This document shows, piece after piece, positions 14,134 through 28,161 of a DNA stretch of 64,000 bases (position 1 is its first letter; each line of letters opens with the position of its first letter). This DNA is from Octopus bimaculoides (lineage: Eukaryota). Under the pieces are notes generated by a model that did not search any database, was not told the DNA's origin, and saw only the letters and a program-made list of their open reading frames with translations. A program made the position numbers and the translations under genes. Location: the NCBI RefSeq assembly GCF_001194135.2, contig NC_068991.1:6107651-6171650 (forward strand), written 5' to 3'.

Positions 14134-15727
14134 GTTTTATTATTACCAACCTACCTGAGAGCACTCTTTATTTTAAGATGCAAACTTCTTGTTTTAAAGT
14201 AAATTGAAACCTTCCATCACAATTCCCTGTTAATTTATGTTCGAAACTCCAGCTTAATAACGACAAATTTATTTTACTAAATTCTTCATTATCTTCAAGA
14301 TTAATTAAAACAAAAGGCTGTGTATTTCAACAGAAATATGGGAACAAAAGGGTTAAGAGTGTCATGGACATGAAAACGATGACGATGATTTCTTGTACAC
14401 AATACATTCTATAAATATTTATAAAGTATTAACAGCATTCATTATGAATTTCTCTTTCTTGGTTTTCTTTATTCACATATTTAGTTTATTCGCCACTCTT
14501 TGCAATTGGTTCTTGTTCTCATACTTAATGGTAACTTTTGCATTACAGACACTCAAAAAAAGGAAAAGGAAAAACATTTTTTAAATAATTCTTTTGTTTA
14601 AATCTTGTAACAGGATATTTGATTATCTTTTTACTCTGTAAAATGGTTGGGAAGGTTTTGAGAGAAATGTGTTTGCTAATTCTCACAGGTTGACTGTCTG
14701 CATAGAGACTCCTAAACTCACATCCTTGCTATCCACATGGTTCCAGGTTCAGTCCCACTGCGTGGCACCTTGGGCAAGTGTCTTCTACTATAGCCTCAGG
14801 CCAACCAAAGCCTTGTGAGTGGATTTGGTAGACAGAAACTGAAAGAAGCCCGTCGTGTGTGTGTGTGTGTTTGTCCCCCCCCCCCCACATCCAATCACTT
14901 GACAATCAATGTCAGTGTTTACATCCCCGTAACTTAGCGGTTCAGTGAAAGAGACCAATAAAATAAGTACCAGGCTTACAAAGAATAAATCCTGGGGTCG
15001 ATTTCTTCAACTAAAAGTTGGTGCTCCAGCATGGCTACAGTCAAATGACTGAAACGAATAGCAGAATAAAATGAACTGTTTCGTTTAGTTTTGTATAAGC
15101 CCTAATTTTATCATCTGTTGTCTCTTTCTTTCTCGCTTTTAGACTCTGATGTGTTGCTTTCATTTTGTATATGTAAAACTATAAATTCACAATTTTCCAA
15201 TCATGACTGTTTTATTTCAGTGAAATATCAGAACCCTGTCCTCAAGTGAAAGAGCTTTCTGCCCAACAGCCTGATCTCGCTCCATCACCCTTGGTGGCCA
15301 AAGAAAGGTCCGACAGTGAAAGTGAAGAAGAAGAAGATGAGGAAGGAGATGATGATGACGATGACGAGAAGAGGAATTCCGAATCTTCTGAGAGTGAATC
15401 TGAATCTGACATAGAAGATGCTCCTGTACATAATTTTGAGGTGTGAATCGTAGCGCAACCTATGAACACATTTATTTTGTCACAGTTGGCAAGTGGAAAT
15501 AACTCTTTAACTGTTCATGGCGTCAACAATGAAGTAGTTGTCATCTGCCATTCTACTGGGGCACTTTAAGCTAATAATGGGTAGTAGGGAGATGGCAACA
15601 AACAGGTTTTTTAAAATTTGTTTTTACTATTTAGTAACTTATTCATATCAGTACCTATGGAATTCCTTTTTACTTATTTAATTTACATACACACACACAC
15701 ACACACATATATGTATGTGTATATATG

Positions 15728-15758
<31 letters not shown>

Positions 15759-15769
15759 GNNNNNNNNNN

Positions 15770-15809
<40 letters not shown>

Positions 15810-16740
15810 GTACACCAACCCATGCAAGCATAGAAAAATGGACATGAAATAATGATGGTAATGATGAAGATGTCATTTGTGTGTGTGTGTATGTGCATGT
15901 GTGCGTGCGTGCATACTTATATGCAAAAAGGTAAATGGTTCCCGTCATTTTGGATGATAAGTATTCCAGCCATTCGATCAGCTCCCCCCCATACTCATTG
16001 AATTATAAGAGTAAATGCAAGTGGCTTGGTATGCTACTGGCATTTGTCTCTTCAATTGATATCTTCATGCAGAATCAGTGTGTACTAAGGTCGTCTTTTG
16101 GACTACAATGTGCAGTGTGCCCAGAAGGCTTCCACAGTTTCTGCCTGCCCCCTATTTTAAGAAGGCTTGGCACAACCCAAAGCTGTGTGAAAAGCCCACC
16201 ATCTCCCCCCCGCTGCCCAAGGTGCCATGCAGTAGGATTGAACTTAAGACATGGTTGCACACACACGCACACACACACGCACACGTAGTTTATTTTACAC
16301 ATTTAGTGTTTTAGCAAAAAATCTTCAGAGATGTACTTGCATTGCAAATGTTTTGAGACTGTGTGCCGAAACTAAAACAATTGCAGTGTAGAAGACACAA
16401 GTAAACTATTCAGAAACAGAAAAATCCACCTACTTCATTTAAATATTTAAATGAAGTTGACAGTCTTTTTTTTTTTTTTTCTGAATGACTAACATGTCTT
16501 CCACAGTGCAATCACAAAAAATCTCCACATTTGCTAATCCATTGTTCCTTGTTTCAGACGAGCTGTGTTTGGATTAGTGGAACCAGAGATTTTATTTTTT
16601 ACTAAAACATTAAACATGTAATACAAAACTATTTGCTCTACAGATTTATTTGATTTGTATGGTATCTCTTTTGGGTTTCTGGTCTCCATGATCGTTGATC
16701 TAAAGAATTTTCCAACACATATATACAAACATGTGTGCAT

Positions 16741-16775
<35 letters not shown>

Positions 16776-18194
16776 CTCTCACACACTTCTTTCTATATTA
16801 TTCTGCCCTTATTTGTATGAATGAGATTTTCATAAGCTAAATAAAGTACTCAAGACTTCAAGAAATGGAATATATTTGTTTATCAATGACCAGCTTACAA
16901 AGTCACAATTTTGTTTCGGTCTTAGTGGTCTTCTTAATGTTTTAAGATTTAAGAAAACCATATGGTTTGAAACAAAATTATAACTTTGAAATCTTGTCAT
17001 TAATACATAAATATATATAACCATTGTTTTGTGTGTGTTTATATATAATAATGTAAATGGTTCATACCACTTATGACATGAATCAAGGCAGCTTGATTGA
17101 AGAGAGTAATGAAACCGATTTTACTCACAACAAAGTCAAATAACTTCGCCTGAACATGAAACTTGAGTTGCTGCATAATGAAAACATTCTTCACTCAAAT
17201 ATATTGAGTGCTTTCAACTGCTGAAACTATTGACAAACAAATAGTATAATGTATGTGTATATATGTGTGTTTATACATTTTTTTACACATAAATTGTTTT
17301 AATTAAAAAAATAAATTTGTGTGTGTATGTACCCAGGCATAATAATATAATGTGTGTGTGTGTGTAATCTTTGTCTTCTTATTAGCTCATGCTGCTGATT
17401 GCATCCCCTATTGTGGGTTTTTAGATGAATTATTTTATATAGCCACTGGCTTTTGTCTCAGACATATACATGGATATAGGCAGGCACACATACAATTCAC
17501 CACACTCACATACATCTGGCTTTGAAAATGTTTCGCCACTACAAAATTCTGCTCAGAAGTTATTGGGTCAATTTGCACAAATGCGTTGCCCAGTCACACT
17601 GAACCTGGTAACCTGAATTCACTCCATAGACATATTATCTACCTGGCACAGCTGCACCTAAAGATGTGTGTGTCATCTTTATCAACATCTTATGTCTTTT
17701 GTCCATGCTTACATCTCCTGGCTGGCTGTCCTCTTGCATTGCAGCACATTATTCTTACAGTCCTTTACCATCTTACTTGTGAAGTTCAGCATCCTTAGAT
17801 CATCCTTCAGCATGTGTGTGTGTTTATGTATTTATATATATATGCGTCTGTGTGTGTTTGGGTTTGTATGTATAAATATATATGATGTATGTATAGTTTA
17901 TTTCAAGACTTACTGGCAACTTGCAAGATGTTCCATCCGAAGATAGTTTTGTTGTTCTGATGAAACATTTTCGAAGATCTCAGCAAGGATTGAAATACGG
18001 ATATTAATAAGTTTGCCATTAAATGTATTGAGTCCTTTTTATGATTCAGAGACACCTTAGCCTCCTGACTAAGAACATTGGTATTGTATATGTGTGTGTG
18101 TGTGTGTGTACATGTACATATTACACCTATGTATGTGTACGTTTATGTATTTATATATATTTGGATGGGCATTTGTGTATGTGTATGTGAGAGA

Positions 18195-18227
<33 letters not shown>

Positions 18228-18553
18228 ATATATATATACATGCACACACACACACACACACACAAACATATATAATATAAATGTATATATATGTATGCAT
18301 ATATAAATATGTATATGTTTATAATATACATATGCCTGTGTGTTTGTGGTGTGTGTGAAAAGTAAAAATATAACATAACAGAAAGTTAAAATATTATTTG
18401 CTCTAGTTGTATTATAATTTGTTACTTCATTAATCTAGCAGACAAGTTTGCCAGATAACTGACCTAAAAGTTTATGTATAATTTTTTCTTTTTCTTTTTT
18501 TTTTTCCTACTTCGAATACTTTGATTTTAAATATTGAAGTTTTTGTTCTTCTT

Positions 18554-18595
<42 letters not shown>

Positions 18596-19173
18596 CATAT
18601 AGCTGTAGATGTTCCGTTTCTTCTCCACATATATGTTTTAATGATCACTTGTAAATATCTACTCACTGGTTATTGCCACTACCGAAACACAACCACCGAG
18701 CTGGTTGTGTGCCAAATTGGAATAAGGGGGTGTACTGTTATCGTTTTTTTTTTTTTTCCCTGAAGTTTGAAGATTTTTTTTTTTTTTGTTTTCATGTAAT
18801 TTTCTTCTGTAAATCAGTTGCACTTATTACCATTTGATCACAAAGGATTAATAATAATAATAATAAAATATATCAAAAAAACTATACAAAAAATAATAAA
18901 CAAAAAAATAAGAACTTGAAAAAAGTTGAGTTTGTGACTCTGTAATGTTTGGCTATTTTTGGTGTATTTCTTGGTTATTATATAGCACAAGTTATATAAA
19001 GGATGTTTATTTAAACAAAATGTAGCTGAAGGTCTGTTGTTTAATAGTTCATTTAGTACTTNNNNNNNNNNNNNNNNNNNNNNNNNNNNNNNNNNNNNNN
19101 NNNNNNNNNNNNNNNNNNNNNNNNNNNNNNNNNNNNNNNNNNNNNNNNNNNNNNNNNNNNNNNNNNNNNNNNN

Positions 19174-19211
<38 letters not shown>

Positions 19212-19244
19212 CATACATATATACACACATGTATACATATGCAC

Positions 19245-19285
<41 letters not shown>

Positions 19286-22200
19286 AGGAGCAATTTTCTT
19301 TAAACCAAGTTCCGATACATAATTTTATTTAACTGCTCATTCTAATTCAATAAATTAGGGCATTTTATATCGACGTCTGTACATGTTCCACTTTTCCATT
19401 TTAAAGATTAGCTTGTACAAGTATCTCCAAACTCAACATTTCAAGCTTTCATCGCATTTCCCCTTGGGTTTAAAACATGCGTAGTTGTGATAATTGATAC
19501 AAAAGTTATGGTTAGATTTCTGGAACAGTAAAAATAGTTGAGGTTGTGTTCGAATTCCTTGCAGTATCCTAATGAAGAATCAAGAAATTCAGTCCTATTA
19601 TGTTGATGGTATGAGATTGTTCATACAGCTAGTTAATCTAGCTTAATGATTATTGTTTCAAAAATATTTTTACCATAACTTGACAAAATCCCTCTGTCAT
19701 GTTCCAAAATAAGAGTACTTTATTCTTCAAATTATTTTGAAGGAAACAAAAAGAAAAAAAATTTTTTTTAATGACAAGTTAAATATTCAAAGGAAAATTT
19801 AATCTCTTTTTCATAAAGCTGTGAAAAGAATTTATCAATTGTTGAAATTTAAGGCTGTGTCTTATATTTGCAGTTTTTGAAGTTATAGATATTTATTATT
19901 CCACATTGGTTGCTTTGTTCAAGTATTTTCATATTTCCATTCTAACTTCACCTGTCCATAAATCACACTTAAAGCACATATAGATATTTAATGATGTCTT
20001 ATTTTAAATTACTAGATTTCATACTTATTTAAAATCACATTGCGTTTAATTTCTACATTATTAATATCTTTGGTTCCAACATACAGCATTTTAGTTATTA
20101 ATTTTATGAGCTATGTAATTTTCGAAGAAAAACAAGAATAAGCTTTCTTTTACAAAAACACCAAATTTATCGAAAGATAAAACAAAACTTAAATACAAAA
20201 TTAGATTTTTTTGCTCCATAATTTAAATTTCTTTCTCTTATATTAAACAGATCTATCTTCATATCTATTTATCTGTTTATAATTTAGTGCAAGGTTGACA
20301 TGAAATGTTGTGTTTTAGCTTGTATTGTAGCTAATGTTGGCAGTTACTATTAAGAGATTACTCCTTCATTTTCATTGGTTCAATAGAATAACCCGGATGC
20401 CATATTTCTCATGTTCTATATTTTGATTAGTCTTTAACCATTTAGTATTCACATTATTCTGTCAAATGTAATCCTTATTTATTCAGATTGTTTTTGAATT
20501 AATCATGCATTATCTCGTAGTTTTGAGATTTCAATGATGTGATTGTATACTTTTATAATGATATTGTAGGGTAGGTGAAAGAGGCCTGATCTAGCTGGTT
20601 TGAACACAAAACAGGTAGAATATTTGGGTTGGATATGTCTAGTTTAATTACTAAAAGTTAAGGAATCTGCTATCAATGGAAATTGATTCCAGACATATTT
20701 TCGCATTCAGTTCTTTACCTTAAAATTACCGTTTATAAATTAAAAATTTCAGTTACAGGTCATTAACATAATTTATTAGAAATGCTTAAGTTACATATTA
20801 CTTATTTTACTATAATTATCTAAACTAGAAATAAACAGATATAGCATAGTTAGAAAGCTGTTTTATAATTTCATATTTAATTTAGTATTTTTCACTTATC
20901 ATTGAATACTGTAGGAGAATAATAATTTTCATAGGGTAAGATTGTCTTTTTAAACAAGGCACTTCATTGAAATAATTATAGACGAAGACAACTTTCTTGT
21001 GAATATGTTATCCACAATGTTTTATTCTGTACCTAATCTGAAATTGTTCTACAATGAATAGACTCATTCAGTCAACTTTTGTATTTTCTTGGTGTCTTAT
21101 TTACTAATGACAATTAACTTTTCTAATTTCACTTTATATTTTGCAGAAGTGGCTTTTTTCTTTCTTTTCTTTTTCCAAAATTCAGATAAAATGTAATTAG
21201 TTTTTGAATCATCATTTAACTAATATTAAAAAGGAGGTTGATGATGATGATGATGATGATGATGATAATAATAATAATAACAACAACGATTTAAACATTG
21301 ATTAAATTCATCATCACCATCATCACTATTCAACGTCCATTTTCCATGCTGGCATGGGTTGGACGGTTTGACAAGATCCGGCAAGCTGCAGGGCAGCACC
21401 AAGCCCCAGTGCCAGCTTTGGCATGTTCTCTACAGCTGGGTGCCCTTCCTTCTGCCACCCATCATTACAGTGTGCACTGGGTGCTTTTTGCATGCCATCA
21501 ACGCGTGTGAGGTCACCAAGTAAGCTGCAAGACTTAAAAAGAACTGAAAAGGGGGAAGAAAAAAAAATTCTATCTGAATTTCAAGAAAAGCCTCATTTCT
21601 GTAACTTGCAAGCTGAATGTTATTTTCCTTTTATGGTAATAAATAGATTTAATGGTCACTTGGAGCCAGATAGGTATTCCTTGAAACTCTCATATTTCAG
21701 TCCTCAGTAACTTCATTGAAATGTTTCATTTAAAATTGTTAATGAAGCAATTACATTAGAAATACTAACTGAATATTGTTTGGAAATTAATTATCGTTAT
21801 TTAAACTGATCTAAATTGATATATCTGCTTATTGATTTTTAAAAATTCTTTTATATGTCTACTAGACAAAGCTTAATCTAGTTGTTGCCTATGTTTTTTT
21901 GTTATTCATTTGCATTTGTGTTGAGTGTATGTATGAGGTTTATTTGATTTAAAATTCTACATATTTTAGATTTTATTCTTGTGTTGTGTAACCGATTGCT
22001 TCCAGTTTATGTTGTTGAGATGTAAGCTTTGAATTTATTTTTTTTCATAAATTTGCCAGCAAGAAATTATCAATATACTGACAGTGTACAATATTTTGGC
22101 TCATTAGATATTCAAACAGAATGTGCTATTTTATTTTGATATATTAAACCAAATCATTTTAAGTGTTCGATCATTAATTACTAATTCTATGAATATATTA

Positions 22201-22703
22201 TTATTTTCATCATAGTGTTTCCTTCAATCTGGTCTGTTGTTCTTTGAAATTGTGTTAAGAAATAATAGTCTGTATTTGATTGATAATTAAAAAAAAAAAA
22301 AATAATAATTAATATAGCCGGTTATATTCTGAGAATATGATGAATGCTTCAGTAAGATTATGTAAACATTTATGAATGGCATCAGGAATCACACATTGGT
22401 TTTGTGCTTAACTGTTGTTTAGAATTTTTCAATTATTATAATTTTGATACTGTTTTTGGGCATTTCTTTGAAATCAATATTCAGTTTTATTTCCTACTGA
22501 TGTGCTAATCAACACCACACCACTGTTACATTACATCATCTCATTTTGCTTCACATCTGTTTTTTTTACCTTTCTAATTTGGCTTACGTCTTGCTATTAA
22601 TTTGAAACAATGTCCAAAAGAAAAAAAAACAGAAAGAAAAAATTCTTTTTTCTCTGATGGTATTCCAAAATAATTTAAGATGCTGAAAAACTTTATATTC
22701 TTG

Positions 22704-22751
<48 letters not shown>

Positions 22752-23031
22752 GTACATATACACGCACTCACACTCATATACATACATACATATGTGTGTC
22801 TCTCTCTGCTGGAATCTGAAGTTTTAGGCTCTGTTATTACTCAGTTTTGCAACTCCCACTAATCACATAAAATTGATCTGTGTTCTGTGACTCATAATGT
22901 TTAAATCAAAGTATTTATGAATGGACAAGTCATTGGATAAAAAGAAATGTGTCAGTTGAAAGATCTTATAAAAATAATACAAAATGGTGTGTGTGTATGT
23001 ATGTATGTATTTATCTCTCTCTATATATATA

Positions 23032-23080
<49 letters not shown>

Positions 23081-24997
23081 TATATCAAGGTGGTGCTCCA
23101 GCATGGCTGCAAGAATATATATGTATATATATTATATATATTAAGACTGGCCGCTCATAAATATTTATGTCATAAACATTGTATCTCATACGTCTTAGAT
23201 CAGTTACATGATCGGCAACATACATGAAACTCTGAGTAGTAAGCGGGAGTAATCGTAACACTACATTAAATATTTACACTTTACTTCTATATTGAGTACT
23301 TCTTATTTACACATTTGTAAACTGAAGTGTTTGTATGTGTGTGCATGCATGTGTGTTTTATTGAAAACATGGTTGTGTTGTAGTATTATCTTTCTGTTTT
23401 TTTTTTTATCAAGTGTGTTTTTTAATACTTTTGTATTAAGTTGCTTACAGTTTGTTTGGAACAGTAAAGTCCCCAAATCCATCATTGTCTCCAGACCATC
23501 ATGGTCTCATATTCAGAATGAAGTGATACTGGCATGTTTTGCTGCTAGAATTTGAATGTTTGACTTGTTAGATTTCTCTGTCATAAGTCAAGTGTTTCTA
23601 ATTGTTTGTGATCAGTGTATATAATGCGTGTGTATTTTAGCATTGTGCTGTGCAGTGAATTTTGCTTCCATCATGAATTGTTCTGTGAGGGATTTCATGT
23701 AGAATACATCTGTTGTTTACTAATATTTTTCTTACCTAGTTTTGTTTGCGTTGTGTGATATAGTGCATTTCAATTGCTCCTTGTTGTATACACTAGCCAT
23801 AATCAGCGATGAACCCCTTACTGGTGATATATAAACCTCATTGGTCAGAAATTCAGTTTCTGGTTTTTGTCTCTGCAAAACAAATCTTATGGGTTCTGCC
23901 TACTATAAAGTGGTAGCCATACCATGCCAACATCACTCCATCCTGAGGATGAGACTGTGAGGGTCTAGAAACATTACTGGATCAGGGAGTCTTACTCTTC
24001 TAAGCAAATTGCAAGAAACTCTTGTGAGAATATGAAGGGAAAAAAATGATGTAAAAGACAAATCTAGGACACAATGTGTTTTCAATATATGTTTAAAAGA
24101 AAGCTATTGCCCTTATATATAAATGTGTATATGAATGTGTATGTGTATAAATTCATATATTTATATGCATATATATATATATATTTACAAACACACATAT
24201 ACTTATGTACATAAGTGCATGTGTGTGTGTATGTTGTATAATTTAAGCCTCTTTCCTCTCTCTCTCTCTCTCGAGCTTAATTTCTTGCCATTCTATTTTC
24301 TAAATCTGTATTATTCAACTTTATAGCAAGCACAAACACATATTGACTTTAATTTTTCCCAAAAAGAAAAAAACTTTTTTAATAAGTCATCAAATTCTTA
24401 GCAACTTTTTGTTTCTTCTCTCAAATCTTGCGCGCGCGCACGCACACACACACACATACACATGCAACACAATATAATTAAAAGAAACATTAATCATGTA
24501 CCATGTTGAGTATATTATATTCTTAAGGCTTGGCTACTTGTCTTATGCCTGCCAAGTTGCTTAAAGATTTTTTTTTTTTTTTCATTAATAACATGGATCT
24601 ATTTAAGCTGTATTTTATCATAGATTTATTCTCACATATTTCTAAATATTTTTTAGCTGAAACAGAGTTGATTAATTTTTTTTTGTTGTTGTTTATGTGC
24701 TTCATTTTGAATTGTGACACATATACTCATTACAAGATCTCACTAATCTTACTAGCTGTAAATCCTCATTTTTAATAATACTACATAACTCTTATTGCTC
24801 TCAAAGAAAGAAAGAGAGAAAGCATTTTCAATGTCTGACTAACTTTGAAATCAATGTGTGTGAAGTTTGATCTCTGTTGATGTTTCTATTGACTTCGGGC
24901 ATGTAAATCTAGCCATTTTGACTTAATTAAAATAGATTCTATTGCATGGATTGCTTTGATCTGTTTCTGTCATTGCATCAGCATAAAAAAAAAAAAA

Positions 24998-25028
<31 letters not shown>

Positions 25029-25903
25029 NNNNNNNNNNNNNNNNNNNNNNNNNNNNNNNNNNNNNNNNNNNNNNNNNNNNNNNNNNNNNNNNNNNNNNNN
25101 NNNNNNNNNNNNNNNNNNNNNNNNNNATACCACTTAGCCATACAGTCTTTCAAAAGGGAATAGAATATCTATAAGTTATAGTTTCTATTCTGTTTGGCTG
25201 AAAACACAACCAAAAGACAACAACTACACCAACAAGTACCAGAAAGTCAAGCCCTCAAAAAAATAATATTCTAAGTATATAATAACTTTTAATAACATAT
25301 CCTCATGCAGGGGTCAAGCTTTGCCCAGGTTTGTTGAAATTTTTCCTTTTTTTTTTTCCTATTTCTTTTGGGGTTGTGTAATCTTGGCTTCATATTAAAA
25401 TACCAAAAAAAAAAAAAAGTATAAATATATATGCTAAGTTCTTTTTAAAAAATAAGAAATTTGACAATCAAACAATGGAAGATTTTATTGGAACTGTTGT
25501 AAGAAAATTGATATAAAAGAGTATTAAAAAAAGAAGTTATTATTTTCCATTACTCTTCTATTCATTAAAATACTGTAAATGCAAGTATGAACTTTCCAAT
25601 ACTACAACAGGATCACCAGTTTCATGTGGAAGCGGTTTTTGCACTCTTTCTTTAAATCCTCAAAAATACAAAGAATCTATTTTATATTTTAGTGTTACTA
25701 CATATATTTCTATGGCTTCTGGTCTTTTTTGTCTTTTTCTTTCTTTCCTTTCTTTCTTTAATTTTTTTTTTTTTTTTAAGAAACATATTTTTCTCTTTGC
25801 TTGTCTTTTCTGGTCCTGATTTGTTCTGGTTTTGTTGGTGTCTGTATACAAAGTCTTAAATTGTTGCTTGGCTCAGGACATGCATATACATATATACATA
25901 CAT

Positions 25904-25940
<37 letters not shown>

Positions 25941-26533
25941 TACATACTTACATATATACATACATATACACACATATATGTATGTATGTATTTATATATG
26001 TATATATAACTTTCAGTCATTAGCCAAAGAAAATGACAAAGCTTTTAAAAAAAAATATTAAAAAGGAAAAAAAAAAGACATGTAGGAAAGAGAAAAGATG
26101 GTTGCATTGCTTCTATATACACACATATATATACATACATACATACATATATATANNNNNNNNNNNNNNNNNNNNNNNNNNNNNNNNNNNNNNNNNNNNN
26201 NNNNNNNNNNNNNNNNNNNNNNNNNNNNNNNNNNNNNNNNNNNNNNNNNNNNNNNNNNNNNNNNNNNNNNNNNNNNNNNNNNNNNNNNNNNNNNNNNNNN
26301 NNNNNNNNNNNNNNNNNNNNNNNNNNNNNNNNNNNNNNNNNNNNNNNNNNNNNNNNNNNNNNNNNNNNNNNNNNNNNNNNNNNNNNNNNNNNNNNNNNNN
26401 NNNNNNNNNNNNNNNNNNNNNNNNNNNNNNNNNNNNNNNNNNNNNNNNNNNNNNNNNNNNNNNNNNNNNNNNNNNNNNNNNNNNNNNNNNNNNNNNNNNN
26501 NNNNNNNNNNNNNNNNNNNNNNNNNNNNNNNNN

Positions 26534-26566
<33 letters not shown>

Positions 26567-26754
26567 CATACACATATACACAGTCTGGATAAAGATACAA
26601 TGGATGACCTGATGTAAATGCTTACTTGTATCCATTATGTGCATCCTACTTTGTGGGTTGAACCACTGACAGTTGCCAGACTTACCTTTGAAGGAAGGAA
26701 GCCATCTCTTATTTGTTTGGGCTCATCACTACAGTTTTCTGTTTTTATTTAACA

Positions 26755-26790
<36 letters not shown>

Positions 26791-27659
26791 CATCATATCA
26801 CTATATCAAAAAAAAGCCTGTGTTGGATATTCCATTAGAGAACACTTTCAAAAAAAGAAAAAAAAATTAAAAAATAACAAAAACAAAACAACTTGACTTC
26901 TCATCAACCTTCTTATTACAAAGAAACGAAAGAGAGAGTGAGAGAGTGAAACATACAAAATGAAAAGAAAAAAATTACAAAAACAAAAAAAATACAACAA
27001 CAAAAAACAAAAGTTCTAGCAATCAGTCACTCTGACCGTTTTAGAAAGATAATCAGACCATATTCGTTCTATACTTTACCCACAGTAATGCTGTAAGTAT
27101 AATTTTTACTAAATTTACTTCAGTTCATATTTTATTGATATAACAAAATAATAAGGAATCTGATATTTTCCTGTTTATTTATTATTTTTTTTTTATTTAA
27201 TTGCATATATCATTATATCAGTTCAATTTTTCTTACCATAGTACGTGTTTTTTTTTTTCTTTTTGTATTAAGAGTTTGAAAAAAGAAAAACTGTAAATCA
27301 TTATAGCTGTATGCTTATTAATGTAGTATCTACATTTTCCAAGTCAACCTAGTATTTTGTCAGTCAATATTTTTAATTGTACAGCCTAAACTGGGAAACT
27401 TTGGTTTTATTATTATTATCATTATTATTATTATTATTATTATTATCTTTATCATCATCATCATCTTACAGCATCATGATCTATTGCTCTTGATATTCCA
27501 CAAAAATATCTATAAATTTAATTCTTGAAAATCAGGTGGAATAATGTTCTAACTGTTCAATCAAATAAATAGGAAATTCAATACTAACTTTAGAATTCTT
27601 TATTTAAGCAAGATAAATGAAAAACTAGTTCTGTCTTGATTTAATAATATTTTGCAAAC

Positions 27660-27706
<47 letters not shown>

Positions 27707-28109
27707 NNNNNNNNNNNNNNNNNNNNNNNNNNNNNNNNNNNNNNNNNNNNNNNNNNNNNNNNNNNNNNNNNNNNNNNNNNNNNNNNNNNNNNNNNNNNNN
27801 NNNNNNNNNNNNNNNNNNNNNNNNNNNNNNNNNNNNNNNNNNNNNNNNNNNNNNNNNNNNNNNNNNNNNNNNNNNNNNNNNNNNNNNNNNNNNNNNNNNN
27901 NNNNNNNNNNNNNNNNNNNNATTTAAAACCACATTGCTAACTTTCTCAGCTCCCTTTTAAAGTTTCAAGTGAAAGGTATTTTTAATCGTTTATTTAACAC
28001 CTTATGTCGTGCTTTGGAAGTGATTAGGTTTTTCTGATAAATGTTAGTAATTTCTAGTGCATTTCAAAATTGAATTTATATTATAGACTATTTAACCTCT
28101 ACACACACT

Positions 28110-28161
<52 letters not shown>

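Noticed and set aside
26584-26617. AG|T CTG GAT AAA GAT ACA ATG GAT GAC CTG ATG TAA faintly resembles the start of exon 37753
   Set aside because: Only about half the bases match, there is no pyrimidine tract, and similarity does not continue downstream.
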